A DNA stretch of 64,000 nt from NCBI GenBank assembly GCA_965202805.1, contig OZ241869.1, positions 3,616,001 through 3,680,000 of the forward strand. Reading direction: 5' to 3'. Under the pieces are notes generated by a model, which ran no database searches, had not been told where the DNA came from, and saw only the letters and a program-made list of their open reading frames with translations. Each line of letters starts with the position of its first letter. Position 1 is the stretch's first letter. The stretch comes from Longimicrobiales bacterium. GTDB lineage: Bacteria > Gemmatimonadota > Gemmatimonadetes > Longimicrobiales > Gaopeijiaceae. This document shows positions 47,229 to 56,373 of this stretch, in pieces. Made by a program: the position numbers and the translations under genes.

Positions 47229-48473
47229 GTGAACACACGCGCAATTCTCATCGGGCTGGTCCTCGGGCTGGGGCTCGGGATCGCGGCCTCCGCGACCGGA
47301 TCGCCGGTCCTCCTGCAGGCGGCCGAAGCGGTGGCACCGCTGGGGGAAGTCTTCCTGCGCGCGATTCAGATGGTCGTCATCCCGCTGGTCGCGGCGGTGG
47401 TGTTCGTGGGCGTGGCGCGGATCGGCAACCTGCGCAGGCTGGGTCGGCTGGGGGGCCTCGCGGTGGGCTTCTTCTGGGTGACGACGCTGCCGGCGATCCT
47501 GATCGGGATGGGGGTGATGAGCCTCGCGCTGACGTTCACGACCCCGGTGCCGCCGCCGACGCCTGTAACCGAGCTGGACACCGCGACCCCGGGCGTGGTC
47601 GACTTCCTCGTCAACCTCGTCCCGCGGAATCCGATCCAGGCCGCCGCCGACGGGTCCCTCCTCTCGCTGCTCATCTTCGTCGTCCTCCTTGCCGCGGCGG
47701 CGACGACGCTGCCGGAGCAGAAGCGGGAGGCGCTCACGTCCCTCGCGGAGACGCTCGGGGACGCGCTCATCAAGCTCATGACCTGGATCCTGTGGACCGC
47801 GCCCGTGGGCGTCTTCGGCCTCGCGGCGCCGGTGATCGCGCAGACGGGGATGGCGATGCTTCAGAACCTCGCCGTGTTCATCGTCGCCGTCGTCACGGGC
47901 TTCTTCATCCTGAAGGGCGCCGTGCTCCTGCCGATGGTCCGCATCTTCGGCGGGATGGGGCCGGGCCGCTTTATCCGGGGGACGGTGGGCACCTACACGG
48001 TGGGCTTCACCACGACGACGTCGGTGGGGACGCTGCCGATGATGCTGCAGGAGGCGGAGAAGCTGGGCCTGTCGAAGAGCACGTTCTCGCTGGTCCTCCC
48101 GCTCGCGGCCTCGATCAATCGCCCGGGCAGCGCCCTCTTTCAGAGCACGTCGCTGGTGTTCCTGGCCGCCATGTACGGGGTGCCGCTCGACGCGGGGCTG
48201 ATCGCGGCGGCCGTGCTGGCCATCTTCCTCGCGTCGATGACGGTCGCCCCGGTGCCCAGCGCCAGCATCGTGACCATGGCGCCCGCGCTCGACGTGGTGG
48301 GCGTGCCGGTCGCCGGGCTGGGCATCCTGCTCGGGATCGACCGCGTGCCGGACGTGTTCCGTTCCGCCACCAACGTGATCGCCCACATGGCTGCGGCGTC
48401 CACGGTGGATGGGATGACGAGGGGGAGATGGCGCGAGAGCAGACGGCAGAACGTTCACTCGCGAGGCTCGTGA
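47229..48473 (+). CDS. Dicarboxylate/amino acid:cation symporter (DAACS/GltP family)
   Basis: FLRAIQMVVIPLV, TTTSVGTLP, LPLAASINRPGSA, GIDRVPDVFRSATNV. Confidence 0.9.
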   Translation: MNTRAILIGLVLGLGLGIAASATGSPVLLQAAEAVAPLGEVFLRAIQMVVIPLVAAVVFVGVARIGNLRRLGRLGGLAVGFFWVTTLPAILIGMGVMSLALTFTTPVPPPTPVTELDTATPGVVDFLVNLVPRNPIQAAADGSLLSLLIFVVLLAAAATTLPEQKREALTSLAETLGDALIKLMTWILWTAPVGVFGLAAPVIAQTGMAMLQNLAVFIVAVVTGFFILKGAVLLPMVRIFGGMGPGRFIRGTVGTYTVGFTTTTSVGTLPMMLQEAEKLGLSKSTFSLVLPLAASINRPGSALFQSTSLVFLAAMYGVPLDAGLIAAAVLAIFLASMTVAPVPSASIVTMAPALDVVGVPVAGLGILLGIDRVPDVFRSATNVIAHMAAASTVDGMTRGRWRESRRQNVHSRGS

Positions 48474-48708
48474 TGAGCTCTGCCAGGCAGCGTAACGCCC
48501 GTGCCACGCGCTTCTTGTTTGCGGGCAGCGTCTTCGCTTTCTTGCAGAGGTGGCTCCCGTCACCCTCCGCGTCGGCATCCGGGATGCGCCATGGAACAGA
48601 CCTGCTTTCGGAAGGGCTTCGGCCTCAATACCCAGGTCCGACCCTTAGTCGGGGACGCGGCGTCCATAACCGCAGGCGCCTCCACGCCGAACAACAAGAT
48701 CGTGGCCC

Positions 48709-51700
48709 TTGACCCCTGAGGGAGTGGATCAGTCGAACGTGACCGGCGGTCGCGCCGGGCCCATCGCCTTCATGGCCCGAAACAGCGTGGCGGCGAACGT
48801 TCTCATGCTGTTTCTGGTGCTCGCGGGGTTCGCGGCAGCGAGGAACCTGGTTCAGGAGATTCTTCCTGAGCTGTCCCTGGATCGAGTCCAGATCCTCGTC
48901 GTGTATCCCGGCGCCACCCCCGGCGAAATCGAGGAATCGATCGTCAGAAAGCTCGAGGAGCAGATCCGGGGCGTGGAGGGCCTGGACCGGTTGGAGGCGA
49001 CCGCGTCCGAGGGCTTCGGGTCCGTCATCGCGCAGTTCAGCTCGGGCACCGATATCGATCGTGCCATCAACGAAGTCAAGGCGGAGGTCGACCGCATCAT
49101 CACCTTCCCCGAGGGGGCGGAACGACCTCAGGTGCGCGAGATCACGAGCCGGCAGAACGTCATCCGCCTGCTGGTTCACGGCGATGCGCCGGAGCGCGCC
49201 CTCAAGGAGCTGGCGTACGACATCGAGGAGGGGATTTCCTCGCTCCCCGAGGTGTCGCTGGCCGAAGTCAGCGGTGCGCGGCCCTACGAGATCTCGATCG
49301 AGGTGCCGACGAGCCGGCTGCGGGCGCTGGGCCTCACGCTCGAGGATGTCGCCCTGGCGGTGCGGCAGGGTTCGATGGAGCTGTCGGCGGGCAGGCTCTC
49401 CACCGGCGACGATGAGATCCTCGTCCGCACGCTGGGCAGGAACTACGACCAGGGCGATTTCGAGGACATCATCGTCCTGACCCGTCCGGATGGGACATCG
49501 GTTCGCCTGAGCGAGATCGCAACCGTGCGGGACGGATTCGCGGACACCGATCTGAGCGTGCGCTACAACGGCCGGAGAGCGGTCGGCATCGATGTATACC
49601 GCGCCTCGAACGAGAAAGTCCTCGAAATAGCGGAGGCCGTCAGGGAGTATCTCGCAAGCGAGGTGCTTCCCGCGCTGCCGCCCGGGGTTGGCGTCGAGGT
49701 CTGGAAGGACGATTCGGTGGAGGTCTCGGGAAGGCTCGGCCTGATGATCGAGAACGCACTGCTGGGACTGGCGCTCGTCCTCGCCGCGCTCACCCTGTTC
49801 CTCGAGGTCCGGCTGGCGCTGTGGGTGGCCATAGGCCTGGCGGTCTCGTTCATCGGCACCTTCCTGTTCATGGATTTCCTGGGCGTCTCGGTCAACATGT
49901 TCTCGTTGATGGCGCTCGTCCTCGCGCTGGGGATCGTCGTGGACGACGCGATCGTCGTGGGCGAAAGCGTTTTCACGCAACGGGAGCGCGGGGTTGGCGG
50001 GATTGCCGCAGCGATCCGGGGCACCCGGCGGGTCAGCGCGCCGGTCATCTTCTCGGTGCTTACCACGGTGACGGCGTTCGCCGCGCTCCTGTCCGCGCCC
50101 GGCCCGCAGGGCGAACTCGGTCGCCCGATTCCGCTGGTGGTGATCACGGTCCTCCTGATTTCGCTGGTGGAATCACTGCTGGTGCTGCCGAACCACCTGT
50201 CGCACCTGCCCGCACCGGGGGCCTCGGGGGAAGGCTGGCTGTCCCGGCGGTTCAGCCGCATCCGCGGCGGAGTGGATGTCCTGCTGAAGCGGGTCGTGGA
50301 TGGTCCGCTGGACCGTGGACTGCGCCTGGCGGTCGACCAACCCTCGATCGTGCTCGCCTCCGCAGCCGGACTGCTCGTCCTCACGATGGCGGCCGTCAAC
50401 GCGGGCGTGGTGCCCAACCAGTTCCTGACGCCCATCGAGGGCGAAGTCGTCTCCGCCAACCTGGAGATGCCGGTCGGCACGCCGGGGGAACGGACGTCCG
50501 CCGTTGCGGCGCAGCTGGAGGCTGCGGGGCATCGCGCCGTGGAGCGCATCTCGCGGGAGCGGGATGCGGATGCGGAGCCACTGGAGGTCGGCGTCGCCCT
50601 GACGGTCGGCCAGCCGGCGGCACTCTACGACCCCCTGGGGGGCAACGCCGTGGAGGCCGCACGGGGCCACCTGGGCACCGTCCAGTTCAAGCTCATCGAC
50701 TGGGAACGGCACGACATCGCCCCATCCACCTTCGAGCGGCTCTGGCGGGAAGAGGTCGGAGCGCTCCCGGACGCGAGATCGCTGTCGATTTCCTCGAACC
50801 TGATCACGCTGGGACTTCCCGTTCACTTCGAGCTCTCGCATCCGGACCCCGAACGGCTCGCCGTGATCGCGGACGAGTTCGTCACCGAGCTGAACGGAAT
50901 CGACGGTGTCTTCGACGTGCGGAGCAACCTCGACGAGGGGTTCCGGGAACTGCAGCTGGAGCTGAAGCCGGGGGCTCGCACGCTGAATCTGACGGTTGGC
51001 CATTTCGCGTCGCAGGTTCGCTCTGCCTTCTTCGGAGCGGAAGCGCTCCGGGTGCAGCGCGGACGCGAGGACGTGGGCGTCTTCGTGCGCCTGCCCGAGG
51101 AAGAGCGCAATTCCGCTGCCGATGTGGAGCGCTATCTGGTGCGCACGCCCGGCGGCGAGGTGCCGCTGGATCAGGTGGCGTCGGCCAGTTTCGCACGGTC
51201 TGCGGCCACCATCCACCGGATGGACGGGCGCCGCGCCGTCACGGTCACCGCGGATGTCGATCCGGTGCTCGCGACCGGCCAGCAGGTCAATCGAAGCCTG
51301 GACGACGGCATCCTGGAGCGCCTGTCGGCTCAGGACCGCCTTTTCGAGTACACCTTCGGCGGCCAGCGCAAGCAGCAGGAGGAGGCCAATGCCGATCTGG
51401 GTCGCTCGCTCTTTCTGGCGCTCCTCGTCATGTACGCGCTGATGGCGATTCCCTTCGGTTCCTACACCCAGCCCCTGATCATCCTGGCGGCGGTGCCGCT
51501 GGGGCTGATCGGCGCCGTCACCGGGCACATGCTCCTCGGGCTGAGCCTGGGCATCTGGTCGATGTACGGGCTCATCGGGGTGAGCGGCGTGGTCGTCAAC
51601 GACTCACTGATGATGATCAAGTTCATCAATGACCTGAAGGCGTCCGGGCTCCCGGTGCGAGACGCGATCGTGACCGGAGCCAAGGACCGCTTCCGGGCCA

Positions 51701-51900
51701 TCCTGCTGACTTCCGTGACGACCTTCGTGGGTGTCGCGCCGCTGGTCTTCGAGACCAGCACCCACGCTCAGCATCTGGTTCCGCTGGCCGCATCCGTGGG
51801 GTTCGGGGTCCTGATCGCGACCGCGCTGCTCATGCTCGTGATCCCGGCGCTGCTGATGGCCCAGTCCTCGATGGCGGCCTGGAGGGACGCCAGGTCCTGA
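48709..51900 (+). CDS. RND efflux transporter permease subunit (AcrB-like)
   Basis: ARNSVAAN, GIVVDDAIVVGE, GVVVNDS, RFRAILLTSVTT; about 1060 aa. Exact start uncertain. Confidence 0.93.
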   Translation: MTPEGVDQSNVTGGRAGPIAFMARNSVAANVLMLFLVLAGFAAARNLVQEILPELSLDRVQILVVYPGATPGEIEESIVRKLEEQIRGVEGLDRLEATASEGFGSVIAQFSSGTDIDRAINEVKAEVDRIITFPEGAERPQVREITSRQNVIRLLVHGDAPERALKELAYDIEEGISSLPEVSLAEVSGARPYEISIEVPTSRLRALGLTLEDVALAVRQGSMELSAGRLSTGDDEILVRTLGRNYDQGDFEDIIVLTRPDGTSVRLSEIATVRDGFADTDLSVRYNGRRAVGIDVYRASNEKVLEIAEAVREYLASEVLPALPPGVGVEVWKDDSVEVSGRLGLMIENALLGLALVLAALTLFLEVRLALWVAIGLAVSFIGTFLFMDFLGVSVNMFSLMALVLALGIVVDDAIVVGESVFTQRERGVGGIAAAIRGTRRVSAPVIFSVLTTVTAFAALLSAPGPQGELGRPIPLVVITVLLISLVESLLVLPNHLSHLPAPGASGEGWLSRRFSRIRGGVDVLLKRVVDGPLDRGLRLAVDQPSIVLASAAGLLVLTMAAVNAGVVPNQFLTPIEGEVVSANLEMPVGTPGERTSAVAAQLEAAGHRAVERISRERDADAEPLEVGVALTVGQPAALYDPLGGNAVEAARGHLGTVQFKLIDWERHDIAPSTFERLWREEVGALPDARSLSISSNLITLGLPVHFELSHPDPERLAVIADEFVTELNGIDGVFDVRSNLDEGFRELQLELKPGARTLNLTVGHFASQVRSAFFGAEALRVQRGREDVGVFVRLPEEERNSAADVERYLVRTPGGEVPLDQVASASFARSAATIHRMDGRRAVTVTADVDPVLATGQQVNRSLDDGILERLSAQDRLFEYTFGGQRKQQEEANADLGRSLFLALLVMYALMAIPFGSYTQPLIILAAVPLGLIGAVTGHMLLGLSLGIWSMYGLIGVSGVVVNDSLMMIKFINDLKASGLPVRDAIVTGAKDRFRAILLTSVTTFVGVAPLVFETSTHAQHLVPLAASVGFGVLIATALLMLVIPALLMAQSSMAAWRDARS

Positions 51901-51901
51901 G

Positions 51902-53071
51902 CTACCAGTCCGACGAGTGCTCGTCGTGGAGGGCGGTCGGCAGCCGGTACGAATACCTCAGCTCCTCGAAGCCGGCGAAGTCCATCAGGGCGTCGAACCG
52001 GGCCCGATCCTGTCTCGCCCCGACATTGGGCAGCGCCTTGCGGACGATGCGACGGGCACGATGCTGGATCCGCATCCAGGGAATCACCTTTCGCCTGCGA
52101 CGGGGAAACATGAATGAATCCGCGAGTTCGTTGCCGATCAGTTCCCGGGACGCCTGGGTCACGACGCGGGCCATTTTTCTGCGCTCGGCGGACTCCTCGA
52201 CACCAATGATGACGGGCGCGCTGTTCACGATGCTGTTTGCCATGATGATCGCGTCGAGGTCCGCGGGAGGTTCGCACAGGGAGCCGATCTCGAACGCCCG
52301 GCATGCCGAGGCGTCGTCGTGGAAGAGGATCTCCTCGGGGATGCCGATGAGCAGTCCGGTATAGCGCCAGACGTGGATGTAGGCTTCCCGCTCCTCCCTG
52401 CTGAAGTCGCCGCCCAGCGTGGCCACGTGCCGCATGAGACGGCCCGAGAAGGCCGCCCCGGCCAGAAGCGTATGCGCGGCGCTTATCGGTTCTCCAAACC
52501 TTTCATGGTCCCATTCATCCGACTGGTTGATCAGGTATCGGGACTGCGCGTGCACCAATCGAACGCGGAGCGTGAGCCTCCATCCGTCCCCCCCGGGCTC
52601 CATTCCACCCGGGAGGTACTGCTCGACCAGCTGCATCCCGTTCTGCTTGAGGCGCCGCACACCCGAGTTGGTGACCCGTCCCCGGATCCGGAACGACTTG
52701 CTGATCAGAGTGGAGAATCCCTCGACGATGCTGCCGCCCACCAGGGCCGCGAGAACGATGTCGGAGTTTCGCAGAAAGGCGCGCGAGGCCATCCGGGCGA
52801 TGCCGGCGTCGAACCAGTCCGGTACGGTCGTGGAGTACTCGACGAAATCGATGAGGGAATCGGGGGCGTCCGTCTGTGGTGCGTCGGGATTGTCCAGTGC
52901 CTGCGCAAGCGTCTGGTGCAGCTCCGCCGGATCGAGAGCCGACAGATCCCGGACGACGGCATCGGCCAGCGGATCGCCGACCATCGTGTGGCGGACGTAG
53001 GCCTCCGCAAGCTCAGGATCGTGCTGGCGGGCGGCCTCGTATCCCGCGACGTAGGCAGTGGGAACTTCCAA
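51902..53071 (-). CDS. MpaB/Lcp (DUF2236)-like heme oxygenase family protein
   Basis: GDPLADAV, P.WFD, VRLVHAQ.R, W...FG.PI, H.WRY.G.L.G; GGGAG then TTG 53071. Confidence 0.8.
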   Translation of the reverse strand: MEVPTAYVAGYEAARQHDPELAEAYVRHTMVGDPLADAVVRDLSALDPAELHQTLAQALDNPDAPQTDAPDSLIDFVEYSTTVPDWFDAGIARMASRAFLRNSDIVLAALVGGSIVEGFSTLISKSFRIRGRVTNSGVRRLKQNGMQLVEQYLPGGMEPGGDGWRLTLRVRLVHAQSRYLINQSDEWDHERFGEPISAAHTLLAGAAFSGRLMRHVATLGGDFSREEREAYIHVWRYTGLLIGIPEEILFHDDASACRAFEIGSLCEPPADLDAIIMANSIVNSAPVIIGVEESAERRKMARVVTQASRELIGNELADSFMFPRRRRKVIPWMRIQHRARRIVRKALPNVGARQDRARFDALMDFAGFEELRYSYRLPTALHDEHSSDW

Positions 53072-53213
53072 GGCTTCTCCCGAACCGACTCGCAGAGGCG
53101 GCTGGCCGGTCCCGCCGCAAGGGCTTGGCCTGACCCTCCGAGGGATGGAAAATGGCAGGGTTGCACCAATTGGCCAACCCGGACAGCAAACTGCAAGAGG
53201 TTGTTGCATGGAG

Positions 53214-54698
53214 TCAACCCGGCATCCGCAAGCGCAACCCCTCAGCCTCAGCCTCGCCGGAATCCAGGAAGGCGTTGCACGCTTCAAGCTCGCGTCGGGT
53301 CTCGTGAATGGATGTCCAGTTCACCGCGAGAGTCCAGCGCTGCGCGTAGTTGAGCACGGCGATCAGCGGGTCCGGACGCCCGGCTCGCGTCAGCGCACGC
53401 AGCGCCGCCAGGTAGTTGTCGCGGAAGACGGTCGGGACGATGATCCGTTCTTCCCCGCCAGCCACGAGCTCCGCGTTCATCATCACGCGCGCGATACGTC
53501 CGTTGCCGTCCGCGAAGGGATGGATCTCGCTGACCATGAACATCAGGTACGCGGCCCGGGCGAACGGCGATTCCAGGCTCCGACAAAGCGAGAAACCCTG
53601 CTCCAACGTGCCAGGGACCAGGCCTGGGGCAACGAACAGGGTCTGGCCAGCGCGGTTCGGAGCGGCCTTGAACTCTCCGGGGCGCATCTCGGGTCGACCA
53701 GCCATGATCTCGCGGTGCCGTTCCCGCAGGATGCGCGCGAGGCTGGCGAAGTCGCGGGGGGTCCGGCTCATCTCGCGGAGGTCGGAGACGATGCGCCAGG
53801 TCCCGACGACATCGTGAGCATCCGCTGGCCTGTGCTGCGGGATCTCTCCCTCGAAGACGATTCGGACGGCCTCGTCCACGAGAAACTCGGTACCCTCGAC
53901 GAAGTTCGAGAAGTAGGCCTCGAAGAACGCCAGCGTTGAGCCCGCCCCTGAATCCCTGGGGGGGCTCGGCCGGAAGCGCGGAGGATGGTTGCGAAGGGCC
54001 TGATGCAGCCTGTGGAACAGTTTCATCCGTTCGGGATCGTAGGGCCGCCCAAGGCCGCGCGCCCGCCCGGGCGATGAATCGAGCCGACGGTCCCGGGTGC
54101 CGAGAAGAGCACCGATCAGAGCGTCGAGTTGAGCGGCCTCCTCCTCCATGCCGAGTTCGGCGGCCACCACGCGCGCGCTGTCCCGGAGTCGATTGATGCC
54201 CGCCTCGCCTGACGAACGAATGAGGCCGTCGAGCCGCTCCTCGAGTTCGGTGCGTGTGAAGGTACGCGCCACTCGGCCCCTTCGGGCCCTGGAGGGACGC
54301 ATATTCTCGAGATACGCTCTGGCCATCGATGAAAGGTGCAGTCCGCCGACAAAGGGCATGTCCGATTCGATTGCGCCGGTGCCCCGTCGCGGACGCAGCA
54401 GGACGCCCGGCAACTCGACCGTCCTGCCACGCCTGCTCACGAGGAATACGGAACCATCGGGAGCAGGGGCTGCCTCGAGAGCGGTGCGATCCGCAACCAG
54501 GGCTCCTGGGAAATATCCCGCGACGATTCCCCACAGGTTGCGCCTCACGACCTCCTCCGGGGGATCTGCGAGGTTCTTCGTGTAGAGGCGGGAAGCGAGC
54601 CTCCGCAACGCACCCATTTTGACCGCCCGCGACACTGTAGCGCTGATTGCCGTGTTGGACACGAAGGCCTCGGGCAGTTCGCTCAGTATGCGGTTCAT
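53214..54698 (-). CDS. Fic-domain protein with extended N-terminal (wHTH/AbiEi-like) region
   Basis: Canonical HPFADGNGRIAR; inhibitory-type SNFVEG; N-terminal G.LRRLA..LY...FPGALVADRTAL. Confidence 0.88.
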   Translation of the reverse strand: MNRILSELPEAFVSNTAISATVSRAVKMGALRRLASRLYTKNLADPPEEVVRRNLWGIVAGYFPGALVADRTALEAAPAPDGSVFLVSRRGRTVELPGVLLRPRRGTGAIESDMPFVGGLHLSSMARAYLENMRPSRARRGRVARTFTRTELEERLDGLIRSSGEAGINRLRDSARVVAAELGMEEEAAQLDALIGALLGTRDRRLDSSPGRARGLGRPYDPERMKLFHRLHQALRNHPPRFRPSPPRDSGAGSTLAFFEAYFSNFVEGTEFLVDEAVRIVFEGEIPQHRPADAHDVVGTWRIVSDLREMSRTPRDFASLARILRERHREIMAGRPEMRPGEFKAAPNRAGQTLFVAPGLVPGTLEQGFSLCRSLESPFARAAYLMFMVSEIHPFADGNGRIARVMMNAELVAGGEERIIVPTVFRDNYLAALRALTRAGRPDPLIAVLNYAQRWTLAVNWTSIHETRRELEACNAFLDSGEAEAEGLRLRMPG

Positions 54699-54909
54699 GA
54701 GATTTTTCCGCCCATTAGGAACCCGAACATGGGAGACTTGCAAATTATCTTAGTATAAGAGGCTGAAAACGCGAAAAACTCGCGGTTAACGGTGTCCGTT
54801 CGCAGATCGCCTCCGGCAGGGTTTCCCGAAAGAATCCCCACGCCAAACCCTGACGTAACGTGAGGGTCCAGGATTTCTCCGGGCCGAATCCCGTTAGCTT
54901 GTCGCCGCC

Positions 54910-56340
54910 ATGAACCCGAATCAGACCAGCGACCACCCGACTCCGGCACCCCCCTCCGAGACTTGGTGGGACGTCCTCGTGCACGCCGTGCGCGGCACCG
55001 GGGGCGACCCCACCCGCGGCCCCATACGGCGCGCGGTCATCCTCCTCGCCGTGCCGATGGTGCTGGAGATGGTGATGGAGTCGCTGTTCGCCGTCGTCGA
55101 CATCTACTTCGTTTCGAGGCTGGGAGACGAGGCCATGGCGGGGGTGGCGCTGACCGAATCGGTGCTGTCGCTGATCTACACGGTCGCGATGGGGCTGAGC
55201 ATCGGGGTCACGGCCGTGGTGTCGCGCCGCGTCGGCGGAGGCGACGAAGAGGGGGCGTCGCGCGCGGCCGCGCAGGCCGTCCTGCTGGGACTCGCGCTGG
55301 CGCTCGTGTTCGGCGTCGCCGGCGTGACCTTCGCGCCGGACATCCTGCGGATCATGGGCGCGGACGAGAACGTGGTGGCCACCGGGGTGCCGTACACGCG
55401 CATCATGCTCGGCGGCAACGTCGTCATCCTGCTGCTGTTCCTGCAGAACGCCGCCTTCCGCGGGGCGGGCGACGCCGCGATCGCCATGCGCGTGCTGTGG
55501 ATCGCCAACGGGCTCAACATCGTCCTCGACCCGCTGCTCATCTTCGGCGTCGGACCGTTCCCGGAGTTGGGGGTGCAGGGAGCCGCGGTGGCGACCACGA
55601 TCGGCCGCGGGACGGCGGTCCTGGTGCAGATCTACACGCTTTTTCGCCTGGGGGGCAGGCTTCGCATCCGGCTGCCGCACCTGGGCATCCAGCCCGCCCT
55701 CATGGCGCAGCTCGTGCGCCTCTCGGCGACGGGGATGCTTCAGGCCTTCATCGCCACCGCGAGCTGGATCGGGCTTACCCGGGTGACGGCGCTGTTCGGG
55801 GCCGAGGCGCTCGCCGGCTACGTGATCGCGATCCGGATCATCCTGTTCGCCATTCTCCCTGCATGGGGACTCTCCAACGCTGCGGCGACCATGGTCGGCC
55901 AGGCGCTCGGGGCCGGGAACCCGGAACGCGCCGAGCGCGCCGCGTGGATCTCGTGCAAGATGAACTTCGTCTTCCTGGGGGCGGTCAGCGTATTCTTCAT
56001 CGGCTTCGCGCCGGCCATCGTGGGGCTGTTCGGTGGAACCGAAGGCGCGTCCGCCGTCGCCGTGACCGGCCTCCGCATCGTGTCCATCGGCTTCGTCTTC
56101 TACGGCTACGGCATGGTGCTCACGGCCGCGTTCAACGGGGCGGGCGCAGTTTGGACGCCCACGATCCTCAACTTCTTCTGCTTCTGGCTCTGGGAGATCC
56201 CGCTCGCCTGGGGCCTCTCGCTCGCCGGCGGCCTCGAGACGACAGGGGTCTTCATCGCGATGACGGTGTCGTTCTCGACGCTGGCGGTGGTGGCCGCGGT
56301 GCTCTTCAAACGAGGCAGGTGGCGGCAGGCGCAGGTGTAG
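54910..56340 (+). CDS. MATE family efflux transporter
   Basis: LAVPMVLE...DIYFVSRLG, FRGAGDA, NIVLDPLLIFG, GVQGAAVAT, VGQALGAG. Confidence 0.93.
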   Translation: MNPNQTSDHPTPAPPSETWWDVLVHAVRGTGGDPTRGPIRRAVILLAVPMVLEMVMESLFAVVDIYFVSRLGDEAMAGVALTESVLSLIYTVAMGLSIGVTAVVSRRVGGGDEEGASRAAAQAVLLGLALALVFGVAGVTFAPDILRIMGADENVVATGVPYTRIMLGGNVVILLLFLQNAAFRGAGDAAIAMRVLWIANGLNIVLDPLLIFGVGPFPELGVQGAAVATTIGRGTAVLVQIYTLFRLGGRLRIRLPHLGIQPALMAQLVRLSATGMLQAFIATASWIGLTRVTALFGAEALAGYVIAIRIILFAILPAWGLSNAAATMVGQALGAGNPERAERAAWISCKMNFVFLGAVSVFFIGFAPAIVGLFGGTEGASAVAVTGLRIVSIGFVFYGYGMVLTAAFNGAGAVWTPTILNFFCFWLWEIPLAWGLSLAGGLETTGVFIAMTVSFSTLAVVAAVLFKRGRWRQAQV

Positions 56341-56373
56341 GCGCGGTCCGCCGGGCGTACTACATTCCGGGCC

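Noticed and set aside
54695..54731. Tiny uORF MFGFLMGGKIS overlapping the fic start (similar one at 2289-2336 before the TBDR)
   Set aside because: ATGA overlaps arise readily by chance; there is no good SD or informative codon content.
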